From a virus (Duplodnaviria; Caudoviricetes): 40,092 nt of DNA. The translations under genes and the position numbers were made by a program. The notes below the pieces were generated by a model, which searched no databases, was not told where the DNA came from, and worked only from the letters and a program-made list of their open reading frames with translations. Shown here piece by piece: positions 16,577 to 25,248 of the stretch (its first letter is position 1; every line of letters begins with the position of its first letter). The DNA lies in the IMG/VR virus record IMGVR_UViG_3300037313_001474, positions 1 through 40,092 of that record. One strand, given 5' to 3'.

Positions 16577-17659
16577 TCAATCCCCTCGGCAGGTGACCTT
16601 GTCGGGGTCCCGGGTGAGGCGCTCGCCGACGAACTCGTGGGGCGGGCGCCCGCAGCAGCGGCTGATGCCGTTGTCGCCCGGCTCGGGGCGGGCATGGACG
16701 ACGACCGCCTCCGGCTCCGTCTCGGGCTGGCCGGGCCGCGCCACGACGGCGGGCTTCTGCGGCTCGGGGTCGCGGACCGGCTCGAACCCCTCGCCGGGCT
16801 CCGTGCGCAGCCAGCCGGTGCGGGCGAGCTGGACGAGGGCGTGGGCGAGGAAGTTGCGGCCATTCGGGGTGCGGGCCCAGGCGTCGAGCCGGTTGGCGCC
16901 GATCTCCGCCGCCTCCAGGGTTCCTGCGGGGAGCCCGAGTGCGACGGGCGGGACGAACTCGCCGTCCTGCGTCGGGTCCTGCTGCGCCTCGCCGGCGTGG
17001 TCCACAGGGCAGGGCGCAGAGTCGCAGTCGCACAGTTCCGACTCACAGGCGGTATCCCCGCACGTGCAGCGCGGCAGGGCCTCGTCCTGCTGCGTCTCGC
17101 GGGTGAGTGCGTCGGCTGCGGCCCGGCATCCGTGCTCGCAGGGCATGCCCGGAGCGTGCGCCGGGTCCACGGCTGCGCGCCGCAGCAGCTCGTCGAGCGC
17201 ACCCTTCGTGCCCGGGTAGCCCTTCGCGATGACGAAGTTCCGCAGATGCTCGGTCGGGAACTCCACCTCGCACGTCTGGTCGCAGTACCGGTGGTCGCCA
17301 GATGCGTGGTCGCGTTCGGTCTCCTCGCGGTCCGCACGCTGTTCGTCCGTCTCGGGCTCCTCGACCTCGTCCTGCGCCTCGCCAGCCAGACGACGCAGCT
17401 CGGCCGTGGCGGTAGCGGCGGTGGTGAACCATCCGGCATCGATCTGGTCGGCGGCCCACAACAGGACTGCGGCTCGGTCGGTGGCGGGCGCCGGGCCGGC
17501 AGGAGCGGCGGGCTGCTCGTCGGCGACAGGCCGCCAGCGGCAGCCGACATCGTCGGCGTGGCTACCGGAGTGGCCCGGGCGCAGGACGCATTCGGTGCGG
17601 ATGGCGCTGAGCCCAGTCTCTGGGGACAGGTGGCCGCAGTGCTCGCGGGGTTCGGTCAT
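16577..17659 (-). CDS. Hypothetical mosaic Cys/His-rich early protein
   Basis: ATG at 17659 with GGAG RBS; several short Cys-rich modules. Confidence 0.6.
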   Translation of the reverse strand: MTEPREHCGHLSPETGLSAIRTECVLRPGHSGSHADDVGCRWRPVADEQPAAPAGPAPATDRAAVLLWAADQIDAGWFTTAATATAELRRLAGEAQDEVEEPETDEQRADREETERDHASGDHRYCDQTCEVEFPTEHLRNFVIAKGYPGTKGALDELLRRAAVDPAHAPGMPCEHGCRAAADALTRETQQDEALPRCTCGDTACESELCDCDSAPCPVDHAGEAQQDPTQDGEFVPPVALGLPAGTLEAAEIGANRLDAWARTPNGRNFLAHALVQLARTGWLRTEPGEGFEPVRDPEPQKPAVVARPGQPETEPEAVVVHARPEPGDNGISRCCGRPPHEFVGERLTRDPDKVTCRGD

Positions 17660-17697
17660 GGTGTTCTCCAGGGCTGGTGGCTGGTGCGGGCAGGCGG

Positions 17698-18012
17698 TCA
17701 GGCGGCGTTGATCGCGCGGGCGGTGGCGAGGGCCCACGGGTTGACCACGCCTTCGTCGTCGCCGTCGGCCTGGTCGTCGAGAAGGTCGGCGAGGGCGAGG
17801 CCGACGGTGGGGTCCATGGCAGCGATGAAGTCGGCGAGTTCCGGGGTCTGGGCGTTGGCGACGTCGTACAGACCGGGCGTCCTGCCCTGGGTGACGTCGC
17901 ACCCCTCGGCATGGAACGGCTGGAGCGCGGGCTCAGGCGCACTGACCGCAGTGGCGAGTGAGCGGATCTTCTCGGCGGCGGCCCGGAGTTCGTCGGCGGG
18001 GGTGGTGGTCAC
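17698..18012 (-). CDS. Hypothetical protein
   Basis: VTTTPADELRAAAEKIR...ADFIAAMDPTVGLALADLL; GAAAGG RBS. Confidence 0.65.
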   Translation of the reverse strand: MTTTPADELRAAAEKIRSLATAVSAPEPALQPFHAEGCDVTQGRTPGLYDVANAQTPELADFIAAMDPTVGLALADLLDDQADGDDEGVVNPWALATARAINAA

Positions 18013-18050
18013 GTCGGTCCTTTCGGTCGTGGTGTGGGAGGCTGGGGTCG

Positions 18051-18079
18051 GCCCGGGCGTGCTTTCCTCACGCCCGGGC
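18051..18079. terminator. Intergenic hairpin
   Basis: GCCCGGGCGTG..CACGCCCGGGC, 11-bp inverted repeat. Confidence 0.45.
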
Positions 18080-18098
18080 TGCCTTGCGTGCGGGGTGG

Positions 18099-18449
18099 TC
18101 ACGGCCGGGCGGCAGACTGGGCGGCGGTACGGGCGTGCGGCGGCTCGCAGTCCTGAGCGCCCGCGAGACGGGCCGTCGGGCACGGGTAGGGCACGAGGCC
18201 GTCCCCGCCCGCCGCAGCGGCGTCAGCGTCGATGCAGACGGGGCAGGGGCCCATCGGGGAGTCCTTGTGCAGGTGCCGGATCTCCTCCAGAGCGGCGCTG
18301 AGGCGGCGCAGTTCAGCGACCATCGCCGGTACGTCGGTGCCGGTGAGTTGGTCGAACCCGGGCTGGGCGTCCGCTTCTGTCAGGCGCGCGTACTCGTGGA
18401 GGGCGGCGGCGTGGGCTTCGATCTGGTCGAGGTCGAGGGGCTGGGTCAT
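18099..18449 (-). CDS. Hypothetical protein (CxxC..YPCPT motif)
   Basis: AGGAG RBS; common actinophage small early protein type. Confidence 0.6.
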   Translation of the reverse strand: MTQPLDLDQIEAHAAALHEYARLTEADAQPGFDQLTGTDVPAMVAELRRLSAALEEIRHLHKDSPMGPCPVCIDADAAAAGGDGLVPYPCPTARLAGAQDCEPPHARTAAQSAARP

Positions 18450-18476
18450 CGGGTGCTCCTTGGGTGACGGGCCGGG

Positions 18477-18947
18477 TCAGGCGGACGGGGTGGCGGGCCA
18501 GCCGACGGTGGCGTTGGCGCAGTGGTCGCCGTCGTGGCCGGGGTCGAGGTCGCAGACCTCGTCGTCGTACTGGTCGCCGCAGATGTCGGGGTCGACGTCC
18601 GGCGCGCAGGGCACGAGGTTCGAGTGCGCGTTCTTGCCGCAGCCGCAGCGGTAGCCGGTGGGGCCGTAGGCGATCGGGTCGGGCTGCGGGGTGAGGCGGG
18701 CCGGGCAGAACCGGGCGGCCTTCTCGCCCGTCAGGTCGAGCCACATGAACTGGCCGGCGGTCAGCTCCCGGTTCGTCTGGAAGAAGCAGTCCGCCAACTC
18801 GGGGCGGCCCTTGGCGGCGAGGACCGGGCGCAGGTGCGGGATGGCGTGCTCGGCGACCTTGCGCGCCGCGGCGGTGCGGTCGGTGAAGTCGACGGTGATC
18901 GGCGGGACGGGCCAGGCGGGGCCGAACTCGGTGCGGTACGTGGTCAC
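18477..18947 (-). CDS. Hypothetical protein
   Basis: GGAG RBS; GC3-biased frame. Confidence 0.6.
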   Translation of the reverse strand: MTTYRTEFGPAWPVPPITVDFTDRTAAARKVAEHAIPHLRPVLAAKGRPELADCFFQTNRELTAGQFMWLDLTGEKAARFCPARLTPQPDPIAYGPTGYRCGCGKNAHSNLVPCAPDVDPDICGDQYDDEVCDLDPGHDGDHCANATVGWPATPSA

Positions 18948-18996
18948 GTGGGTCTCCGTGTGTGTGGGTGTGCCGGGTGGTGGTGACGGGGGCGGC

Positions 18997-19176
18997 TCAG
19001 GCGGCTGTCTGCCGGGCGGTGGCGGTTTCGTTGGGCCTGGGGGTGTCGGGGGTGCCGACGGCGTGGCAGAGGGCGGCCCAGTGGGCGTCTTGCTGCTGTT
19101 GGGTCCAGGGCTGCCGGTGGGGGTTGGCGGGCCGGATCGGGATGGCTTCGGCGAGGAGCCGGTCGAGGGGGCTCAT
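18997..19176 (-). CDS. Hypothetical protein (59 aa, not in ORF track)
   Basis: MSPLDRLLAEAIPIRPANPHRQPWTQQQQDAHWAALC...; ATGA overlap, GGAGG RBS. Confidence 0.6.
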   Translation of the reverse strand: MSPLDRLLAEAIPIRPANPHRQPWTQQQQDAHWAALCHAVGTPDTPRPNETATARQTAA

Positions 19177-19487
19177 CGGGTGGCCTCCGCTCGCTTGGCT
19201 GCCATGCGGAGTGCGTCGGTGACGGTGTAGCCGTTGACGGTCACGTTCGGTGCGAGCTTCTTCGCTAGGGCGAGGGCGTCCTCGTAGTCGGCGAACTTGT
19301 GGGCGACGGCGAGGCCGGGCGCCCAGTCGCCGTCGATGTCGTAGCCGCCGTGCTGGTCGTGGACGATCCAGCCGCCGCGGGTGAGTTCGACGTGCAGGGC
19401 GTAGTGCTTGTGGTTGATGTTGTCGGCGGGGAGGGCGCTGACGGTGTAGCGGGTGATGTTGACGGTCACCTCGGGCGTGGCGTTCAT
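19173..19487 (-). CDS. Hypothetical protein
   Basis: ATGA coupling; AGGAG RBS. Confidence 0.6.
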   Translation of the reverse strand: MNATPEVTVNITRYTVSALPADNINHKHYALHVELTRGGWIVHDQHGGYDIDGDWAPGLAVAHKFADYEDALALAKKLAPNVTVNGYTVTDALRMAAKRAEATR

Positions 19488-19837
19488 GCTGCGGTCTCCT
19501 GGGCTTCGGTGTAGCGGCGGGCGTGGACGGTGCCGGCGCGGCGTTCGGCTTCTTCGAGTAGGGCGGCGAGGGCTGCGCGTATGGGGCTGGTGTTGAGGGG
19601 CTGGCCGCCGCCGAAGGTCTCGGGGTCGTGGGCGGGTGGGATGTAGCCGGTCCAGTGCTGGGGGGTGGTGTGGTTGATGGGGGGTTGGGTGAGTTGTTCG
19701 GCGAGGTCGGGGTGTTTGAGGACGAGGGCGCGGCGGCGGGCGTTTTCGGCGTGGGCTTCGGCGCGGGCTTGTTTGATGAGGCGGGTGAGGTCGCCTTGTT
19801 TGCGGAGTTCGCGGACGTCCTGCTCGGTGAGGTTCAT
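19484..19837 (-). CDS. Hypothetical protein
   Basis: MNLTEQDVRELRKQGDL...; ATGA overlap with the DnaC-like gene. Confidence 0.6.
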   Translation of the reverse strand: MNLTEQDVRELRKQGDLTRLIKQARAEAHAENARRRALVLKHPDLAEQLTQPPINHTTPQHWTGYIPPAHDPETFGGGQPLNTSPIRAALAALLEEAERRAGTVHARRYTEAQETAA

Positions 19838-20514
19838 GCGGCTGCCTGCTTCCGGCGGTCTTCGCCGCGGATGACGATGCGGTCGGACATGCCGACGAGG
19901 CGGGAGGCGACGCGTTCTCCGACGCGTTCGGTGAGTTCCTTCGGGAGGACGTTCGACGTGATGATCGTCGGGAGTCGGTTCTCGTACCGGTGGTTGATCA
20001 GCCGGAAGTTGATCTCTTCGATCCACTCGGACGGTTTCGCGGCGCCGAGGTCGTCGATCATCAGCAGTTGGGTGTGGGCGTACTTCCGGAACTCGGTCTC
20101 CGAGTCGACGCCGGCGCGGGGGCGGAGGGAGGCGTACATGTCGGCGGCGCTGGTCGCGGTCCATGCGGTGTGGGTGTCGGCGGCGGACAGGTAGCGGAGG
20201 GCGCCGTAGGCCTGGTGGGTTTTGCCGACGCCGGTGGGGCCGAGGAGCAGCAGGGAGCGGTGGTGGGGGGTGCTCTTGCTGTTCATGTTCTGGTTGGTGT
20301 TGAGGTAGCTGGTGGCCCAGGCCTGGACGTCGGGGTGGTCGGGGAGGGCGGTGTGGTAGATGAACGGCACTTTGGTTTCGGCGGTGAGGATGCCGCGGCG
20401 TGCGTGGAAGCCGGGTTCGCCGACCCAGGTGGCGGGGTCGCTGTTGATGAGTTCGGGGTCGATGTTGTGGGCTTCGAGGATGGGCAGCCAGTTGGTGAGG
20501 TCGATGTCGCTCAT
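19834..20514 (-). CDS. DnaC/IstB-like ATPase (helicase loader)
   Basis: Walker A GPTGVGKT, Walker B LLMIDDLG, RYENRLPTIITSN, GERVASRL, GEDRR. Confidence 0.92.
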   Translation of the reverse strand: MSDIDLTNWLPILEAHNIDPELINSDPATWVGEPGFHARRGILTAETKVPFIYHTALPDHPDVQAWATSYLNTNQNMNSKSTPHHRSLLLLGPTGVGKTHQAYGALRYLSAADTHTAWTATSAADMYASLRPRAGVDSETEFRKYAHTQLLMIDDLGAAKPSEWIEEINFRLINHRYENRLPTIITSNVLPKELTERVGERVASRLVGMSDRIVIRGEDRRKQAAA

Positions 20515-20523
20515 TGGTGGGTC

Positions 20524-21327
20524 CTAGTCGAAGAAGGGCTGGTCGTAGTCGTCCTGGTTGGTGGGGTTTTTCCAGGGCTGCCAGCCGCCGGAGACGGCGC
20601 GGAGGGGGACGCGGGTGGCGCGCTCGGATGCGAACTTGGCGGAGCGGCGTATCCACTTCTGCCATTCGGCCGGCCAGTTGGGGCGGCGGGTGTTTTGGGC
20701 GCGGAAGTGGTCGTGGAACTGTGCGGTTTCGTAGTCGAGGTCGAGGCCGGGGCCGAAGGTGCGGAGTGCCCAGGCGCGCATTGCGTCGGTGAGTTCGAAG
20801 CCGTCGACGTCGATCGGGGAGGGCGCGTAAGCGTCTAGATCAGCGACAGGTGTCGGTCGCTGAGAGGCGGCCTGCTCCCTCTCCTGGGTTGTATCTGCGT
20901 GTTCTGCGTTTACTGCGTTATGGGGTGCAGATTCTGGACCCCTACCGGTACGGATTCCGGACCCCCCCGGTGCGGATTCTGTACCCCTGGGGGTCTTCTT
21001 TCCGGACCGGTTCGGATTCTGTACCGGTACAGAATCTGTACCCCCCTTGCGGGTGTGGCCCTTGGCTCCGGGGATGCGGTAGCGGGTCTCTCCGTGCGGC
21101 CCGGTGGACCCTAGGACGATCTCCAGTTCGCCGGATTCGATGAGTGTGTCGACCGCTTTGATCACGGAGGTTCGGGAGGCGCGACTGCGGCGCATCAAGA
21201 AGGTCGTGCCGGCGTATGCGGATACGTCCGCCCCGCTTGCCTTGTCGGCGATGGCGAGCAGCACGAGACGTGCCGTGTTCTTGGAAGCCGAGTGCTCCCA
21301 GACCCAGTCTTGCGCGTCGAGGCTCAC
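20524..21327 (-). CDS. Phage replication initiator (N-terminal wHTH, lambda O analogue)
   Basis: ARLVLLAIADKA...SRTSVIKAVDTLIESGEL wHTH; C-terminal QFHDHF..NWPAEWQKWIR; upstream of the loader; contains iterons. Confidence 0.8.
   Translation of the reverse strand: MSLDAQDWVWEHSASKNTARLVLLAIADKASGADVSAYAGTTFLMRRSRASRTSVIKAVDTLIESGELEIVLGSTGPHGETRYRIPGAKGHTRKGGTDSVPVQNPNRSGKKTPRGTESAPGGSGIRTGRGPESAPHNAVNAEHADTTQEREQAASQRPTPVADLDAYAPSPIDVDGFELTDAMRAWALRTFGPGLDLDYETAQFHDHFRAQNTRRPNWPAEWQKWIRRSAKFASERATRVPLRAVSGGWQPWKNPTNQDDYDQPFFD
20924..21042. repeat. Replication origin iterons, 5 x 17-bp pseudo-palindromes GGTNCRGAWTCYGKACC
   Basis: Copies at 20924, 20947, 20969, 21009 and 21026 inside the initiator gene; adjacent T-rich tract at 20885-20921 with CTGCGT x3. 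Confidence 0.8.
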
Positions 21328-21512
21328 GTGATCTCATTTCGTGTTTGTGCTGGTCAGGGCATGTCGATGAACGCCCCTGTTCAGGGCGGTTGTTCGAGCG
21401 CCTTACCTGACCCCAATACTACCCCAGGGTGTATAGTCACCCGCAACACATTCGGCATACAGGCAGGCCGCAGGGGGTGTGTAGCCAGTGAAAGGTCAGC
21501 TACCCTGTCCGC

Positions 21513-21689
21513 ATGACGACGAAGGGAACCCCCGGACGCATGGTCCGCATCGAGGACGATGTGTGGGAGGACTACGGCCGGCTCTGCGAGGAGAAGGGCA
21601 TCGCGCGAGCTGCGGACATCCGCATGTACGTGACGCGCGAGGTCAACGCCTGGCGTCGTCGTCAACGCGCCGAGTCGCCGAAGTCCTGA
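21513..21689 (+). CDS. Ribbon-helix-helix protein (58 aa, not in ORF track)
   Basis: MTTKGTPGRMVRIEDDVWEDYGRLCEEKGIARAADIRMYVTREV; divergent from the replication genes. Confidence 0.75.
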   Translation: MTTKGTPGRMVRIEDDVWEDYGRLCEEKGIARAADIRMYVTREVNAWRRRQRAESPKS

Positions 21690-21716
21690 CACCGTTCCCC
21701 TCCCTCGTCTTCTCCG

Positions 21717-21741
21717 GCCCCGCACCGTGCTGGTGCGGGGC
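21717..21741. terminator. Putative bidirectional terminator
   Basis: GCCCCGCACC..GGTGCGGGGC between convergent genes. Confidence 0.6.
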
Positions 21742-21753
21742 TTCGTGCTGCGG

Positions 21754-22266
21754 TCAGTCGTGGTCGTAGAACTCGACCTCGATGCCGTCGCGGCGGACGG
21801 TGATGTTGGCGTGGTCTCCGAATGAGTCGAGGAGCACGTGCTCGAAGGCGCCGCCCTCGATCGCCTTGCGGAGGGCGTGGCAGCGGTCGTAGCGCGCTTG
21901 GTCGGGCCCTTCGTAGGGCCCCTTCTTCCACTCCCAGCCGTTCGTGGCGCCGACGCCGTCCTTCGGGACCTTGATGTACGGCTCGTCGCCGAGGCTGCGG
22001 TGCTTGCCGTCGAGCTCCAGCTCGTACTGGTCGTCGACGTCGCCGTCGGTGTCGGTGCGTACCCAGGTGCCGTGGGCGCTGAAGGTGCAGGGCTCGCCGT
22101 CGTTGAAGTAGGGGGTGTACTGCCGCCACCCGAACTCGACGATCGTCGGGTCGTCGAGGACTGCCTGAAGGATCGGCTGGAGTTCCTCGATCGGCTTCTG
22201 CTCGACGCGGGTCTCACCGCGGGTGATGTCGCCGTTGATCGGGATGCCGAGGAAGTTGCTGGTCAC
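21754..22266 (-). CDS. Conserved phage protein (partner of the DUF6915-like gene)
   Basis: WRQYTPYFNDGEPCTF...FGDHANITV..IEVEFYDHD; GTGA-coupled. Confidence 0.7.
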   Translation of the reverse strand: MTSNFLGIPINGDITRGETRVEQKPIEELQPILQAVLDDPTIVEFGWRQYTPYFNDGEPCTFSAHGTWVRTDTDGDVDDQYELELDGKHRSLGDEPYIKVPKDGVGATNGWEWKKGPYEGPDQARYDRCHALRKAIEGGAFEHVLLDSFGDHANITVRRDGIEVEFYDHD

Positions 22267-22649
22267 TGGTTCACTCCGGTGGGCTGGTTGAGGAGGAGGT
22301 GGGAGAGGGGCACGGTCTTGCGCTGGCTGCCGGACATCCACGGCGCGATGGGCATGCCGTCGAGGTAGTCCGCCGGGGAGGGAAGCCAGCCGAGGTCTTC
22401 GAGGACGTGCTGTTCGGCGATGAGCCGGACGGGGACCTGCACGGTGGACCGCTGCTTGGGGACGTCGAGGGTGACGCCGAAGATCCGCTGACACAGCCAG
22501 ACGCCCGCGGTGTGGTGGTAGAGCGACCGATGCCGGACGTCGCCGATGACTTGCTTCGAGCTGTCGATGAACTCGTGGACGGGCAGGTACAGGTCGGGGC
22601 TGCCGCCCCACTTGCGGGCGCTGCTCTGGGCGTGGTGCCAAGAGTTCAC
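22263..22649 (-). CDS. DUF6915-like protein
   Basis: HAQSSARKWGG..YLPVHEFIDSSK..RHRSLYHH..VPVRLIAEQHVLEDLGWLP. Confidence 0.7.
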   Translation of the reverse strand: MNSWHHAQSSARKWGGSPDLYLPVHEFIDSSKQVIGDVRHRSLYHHTAGVWLCQRIFGVTLDVPKQRSTVQVPVRLIAEQHVLEDLGWLPSPADYLDGMPIAPWMSGSQRKTVPLSHLLLNQPTGVNQ

Positions 22650-22672
22650 TGCTGGTCTCCTTGGGGTGGTGG

Positions 22673-22984
22673 TTACGCGATCCGTCCGGTCCGTGCCGCC
22701 CGCGTGCCGCGCCAGGTGCGGACTCCGCTGCCGTCGCGGGTGGTTGTCCAGGAGGCGGGTTCTATGAGCCCTTCCTCGTGGAGCCGGTGGAGCAGCTGGC
22801 CCCACATGGCTTTCGGGTTGGGTGGGTCGGGGAGTTGTTCGGCGACCTTGATGTGCCAGGACGCGAATTCCCGGCCGGATTTGGCGGCTGCGGTGAATGC
22901 GGGGCGGACGTGTTCTGCCCAGGTCTCGAAGTCTTCGGCCGGGGCGGGCAGGGTGCCGTCGAGGGCGGGTTGCACGGCGGTCAT
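22673..22984 (-). CDS. Hypothetical protein
   Basis: ATGA-coupled early gene. Confidence 0.6.
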   Translation of the reverse strand: MTAVQPALDGTLPAPAEDFETWAEHVRPAFTAAAKSGREFASWHIKVAEQLPDPPNPKAMWGQLLHRLHEEGLIEPASWTTTRDGSGVRTWRGTRAARTGRIA

Positions 22985-23163
22985 CGGAAGCCGCCGCGGG
23001 CGCGGATCCGGACGCCGGCTTCGAGGACCAGGGTTCGAGCGGTGCCGTAGCTGTAGCCGATCTGCCGGGCGACGGATTGCAGGGTGCAGCCCTCCATGTA
23101 CAGGCGGGCGGCGCGCGCCCGGACGCGTATCCGGGTTTCGCCGGTGATGGGACGGCCGGTCAT
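22981..23163 (-). CDS. Small helix-turn-helix protein
   Basis: LYMEGCTLQSVARQIGYSYGTARTLVLEAGVRIRARG. Confidence 0.75.
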   Translation of the reverse strand: MTGRPITGETRIRVRARAARLYMEGCTLQSVARQIGYSYGTARTLVLEAGVRIRARGGFR

Positions 23164-23414
23164 CGGGTTGCCTCCGGGTTCTTCACGACGGTCAGGTGGC
23201 GTCGGTCGCGGGCGGTTGGGGTGCGGAGCGGGGGCGGTGTCGCCCAGTCGCGGGGCCGGCCGGGGCCGGGGGGGACCTCGGGGAGCCCCTTGAGGGCGTT
23301 CGGGGTGTGGATCTGACAGCGGTGGCCCGGCAGGAAATGGCGGACGTGGTCGGCGCTGTCGCAGTGCCGCTGCTCGGCGCCGATCCAGTGGCCGCACAGG
23401 TGGCTGGGCATCAT
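23160..23414 (-). CDS. Hypothetical Cys/His protein
   Basis: MMPSHLCGHWIGAEQRHC...GHRCQIHTP; ATGA overlaps on both sides. Confidence 0.6.
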   Translation of the reverse strand: MMPSHLCGHWIGAEQRHCDSADHVRHFLPGHRCQIHTPNALKGLPEVPPGPGRPRDWATPPPLRTPTARDRRHLTVVKNPEATR

Positions 23415-23980
23415 GCGGCGTCGGCTTCCGGCGTGGTGCCGTGTCGTTCGCGGCTGTCGGCGAGGTGCTCGGGGCGGACGCATTCTGGGGTGCCGCACGT
23501 GGCGCGGAGGATCCCGTTCGGTCGTTGGCCGCGGCCGACGATGAACGCCAGCTGCTTCGGCGTGTACACCTGGCCTTGGAACTTGGGCTTGTTCGGGCCG
23601 GTCCAGGTGAGGTGGTCGCCGAACGCGGCGATGGTGTTGATGTCGAACAGCCAGCGCAGGGTGCGGGGTTCCTTGGGCTGGCGGGCGTACCGGGAGCGTT
23701 CGTTGAGTTCCTCGGTGGTCAGCTTCCGGCGGACCGAGACGCGGTGCAGAGAGGCCCGCTCGTGTTCCGTGAGGCCACCAAACACGCCGAAGCCGATGTT
23801 CTCGTCGAGGGCGAACTGCAGGCACTCGTCGACCACGGGGCAGCCGCGGCAGGCGGCCTTGGCGGTTTCCTCGGAGAGGGCGCTGAAGTACAGCTCGGTG
23901 TCGTGGCCGCCGCAGGCTGCGTCGTCGCGCCAGTCGGGCTTGCGCTTGGTGTCGGGGACGGCGCCGGTGTAGTTGCTCAT
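23411..23980 (-). CDS. whiB: WhiB-family transcription factor with C-terminal HNH-like extension
   Basis: WRDDAAC..ELYF..AKAACRGCPVVDECLQFAL..GVFGGLTEHER (four Cys plus G-V-F-G-G). Confidence 0.9.
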   Translation of the reverse strand: MSNYTGAVPDTKRKPDWRDDAACGGHDTELYFSALSEETAKAACRGCPVVDECLQFALDENIGFGVFGGLTEHERASLHRVSVRRKLTTEELNERSRYARQPKEPRTLRWLFDINTIAAFGDHLTWTGPNKPKFQGQVYTPKQLAFIVGRGQRPNGILRATCGTPECVRPEHLADSRERHGTTPEADAA

Positions 23981-23982
23981 GG

Positions 23983-24420
23983 TCAGGCTCCGAATATCGC
24001 TGCGTACTGGTTGCGGAGTTGGTCGCGCATGGGCTGGTCTTCGACGTGCTCCGGTCGCACGCAGGGCGGCCAGCCGCAGCCGGCGTGCACGCGGCCCTCC
24101 GGCTCACGGCCATTCGCCATGCGGAAGGCGAGGCGGCGGGCGGAGTACTCGGCGCCCTGGTGCTTGAGGACCGGCTGGACGCCTTCACGCCAGAACCCGG
24201 ACCAGGCAAGGTGCCCGCCGTCGGTGGGTTGGGTGCGAGTCGTCCAGGCTCGTTCGAGGGCGATGCGGGTCCGCTCGTAGCGGGGGAGGTCGAGTTCCTT
24301 GCGGATGGCTGCGACCCGCATGTGGCTGGTGCGGAGCGTCTTCGCGATGCGCTTGTCGGAGAGGCCTTCGCAGAGCAGGGCGACGACGTCCGCGCGGGTG
24401 GCGTTCGGGCGAGGCGGCAT
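23983..24420 (-). CDS. HTH plus degenerate HNH-like domain protein
   Basis: GLSDKRIAKTLRTS HTH; ARRLAF..CGWPPCVRPEHV. Confidence 0.65.
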   Translation of the reverse strand: MPPRPNATRADVVALLCEGLSDKRIAKTLRTSHMRVAAIRKELDLPRYERTRIALERAWTTRTQPTDGGHLAWSGFWREGVQPVLKHQGAEYSARRLAFRMANGREPEGRVHAGCGWPPCVRPEHVEDQPMRDQLRNQYAAIFGA

Positions 24421-24794
24421 CAGACAGCCACCCCCGCGGCGAGTTCGTCGATGGTGAGCTCGGTGTAGGGCTGGCGTTTGCCGGGCTGGTCCTTGCGGCC
24501 GGTGAGCCGCCAGTAGCGGCGCCCGCGCGGCATCTGCTCGGCGAGCACCGGGACCGCGCCGACCATCTGCGCGAGGTCCCACAGCCCGTTCCACTCCGCG
24601 GGCGGGAGCGCGCCGGACCGCTTGCACTGGACGAACAGCACCTGTCCCGGCTTGATGGCGACCAGGTCCACCTTGCTCTTGGAGCCTGCGGTCCGGAGGA
24701 CTTCGTAGCCTTCGTCGCGGAGGTGGGTGCGGACGCGGTGTTCGAGGTCGCGGCCGCGCGCGTAGTTGGAGCGGGGCTTGGTCGGCGTGGTCAC
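24420..24794 (-). CDS. Holliday junction resolvase (Hjc-type PD-(D/E)XK)
   Basis: GRDLEHRV..LRDEGYEVLRTAGSKSKVDLVA..VLFVQCK. Confidence 0.8.
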   Translation of the reverse strand: MTTPTKPRSNYARGRDLEHRVRTHLRDEGYEVLRTAGSKSKVDLVAIKPGQVLFVQCKRSGALPPAEWNGLWDLAQMVGAVPVLAEQMPRGRRYWRLTGRKDQPGKRQPYTELTIDELAAGVAV

Positions 24795-25069
24795 TGGTCC
24801 CCCTTGGTCTGCTGGTCACGGATGGCGTCCCGCAGTCGGTCGGCGCCGGTGTAGGCGGGCATGGCCCAGATGAGTTCGCACTCGTCCTGGTCGGCGAGGT
24901 TGAAGCCGGGCTCCGTCTCCCGGACGGCCTTGCCGGGCGGGAGGGTGCTGCGGATGAATGCGGCTTGCCGGGCGGCCATGCGGCGCTGGTTCTTGCGGTC
25001 CAGCCGCCACAGCGCGACGGCCAGCAGGAGCATCACGGCGCCGTAGCCGATGTCGATGACGGTGTTCAC
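24791..25069 (-). CDS. Hypothetical protein with N-terminal TM
   Basis: GTGA-coupled. Confidence 0.55.
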   Translation of the reverse strand: MNTVIDIGYGAVMLLLAVALWRLDRKNQRRMAARQAAFIRSTLPPGKAVRETEPGFNLADQDECELIWAMPAYTGADRLRDAIRDQQTKGDQ

Positions 25070-25248
25070 GCGTCGTCTCCGATCTGGTGGCCTTCGGTGC
25101 AGCGGAGCAGGCTGCCGTGGACGGTGGCTGCGGCCAGGACGCCGCATTGGGTGCAGTGGACGAGCCGGGTGTGGAAGAGCTGGCCGGGGAGGCGGCCGAC
25201 ACGGTGGCGGCCGGTTGCGCGGCCGAAGTAGCGGGCGGCGAGCTTCAC
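25066..25248 (-). CDS. Hypothetical Zn-ribbon protein
   Basis: HCTQC..RCTEGH; GGAGG RBS. Confidence 0.55.
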   Translation of the reverse strand: MKLAARYFGRATGRHRVGRLPGQLFHTRLVHCTQCGVLAAATVHGSLLRCTEGHQIGDDA

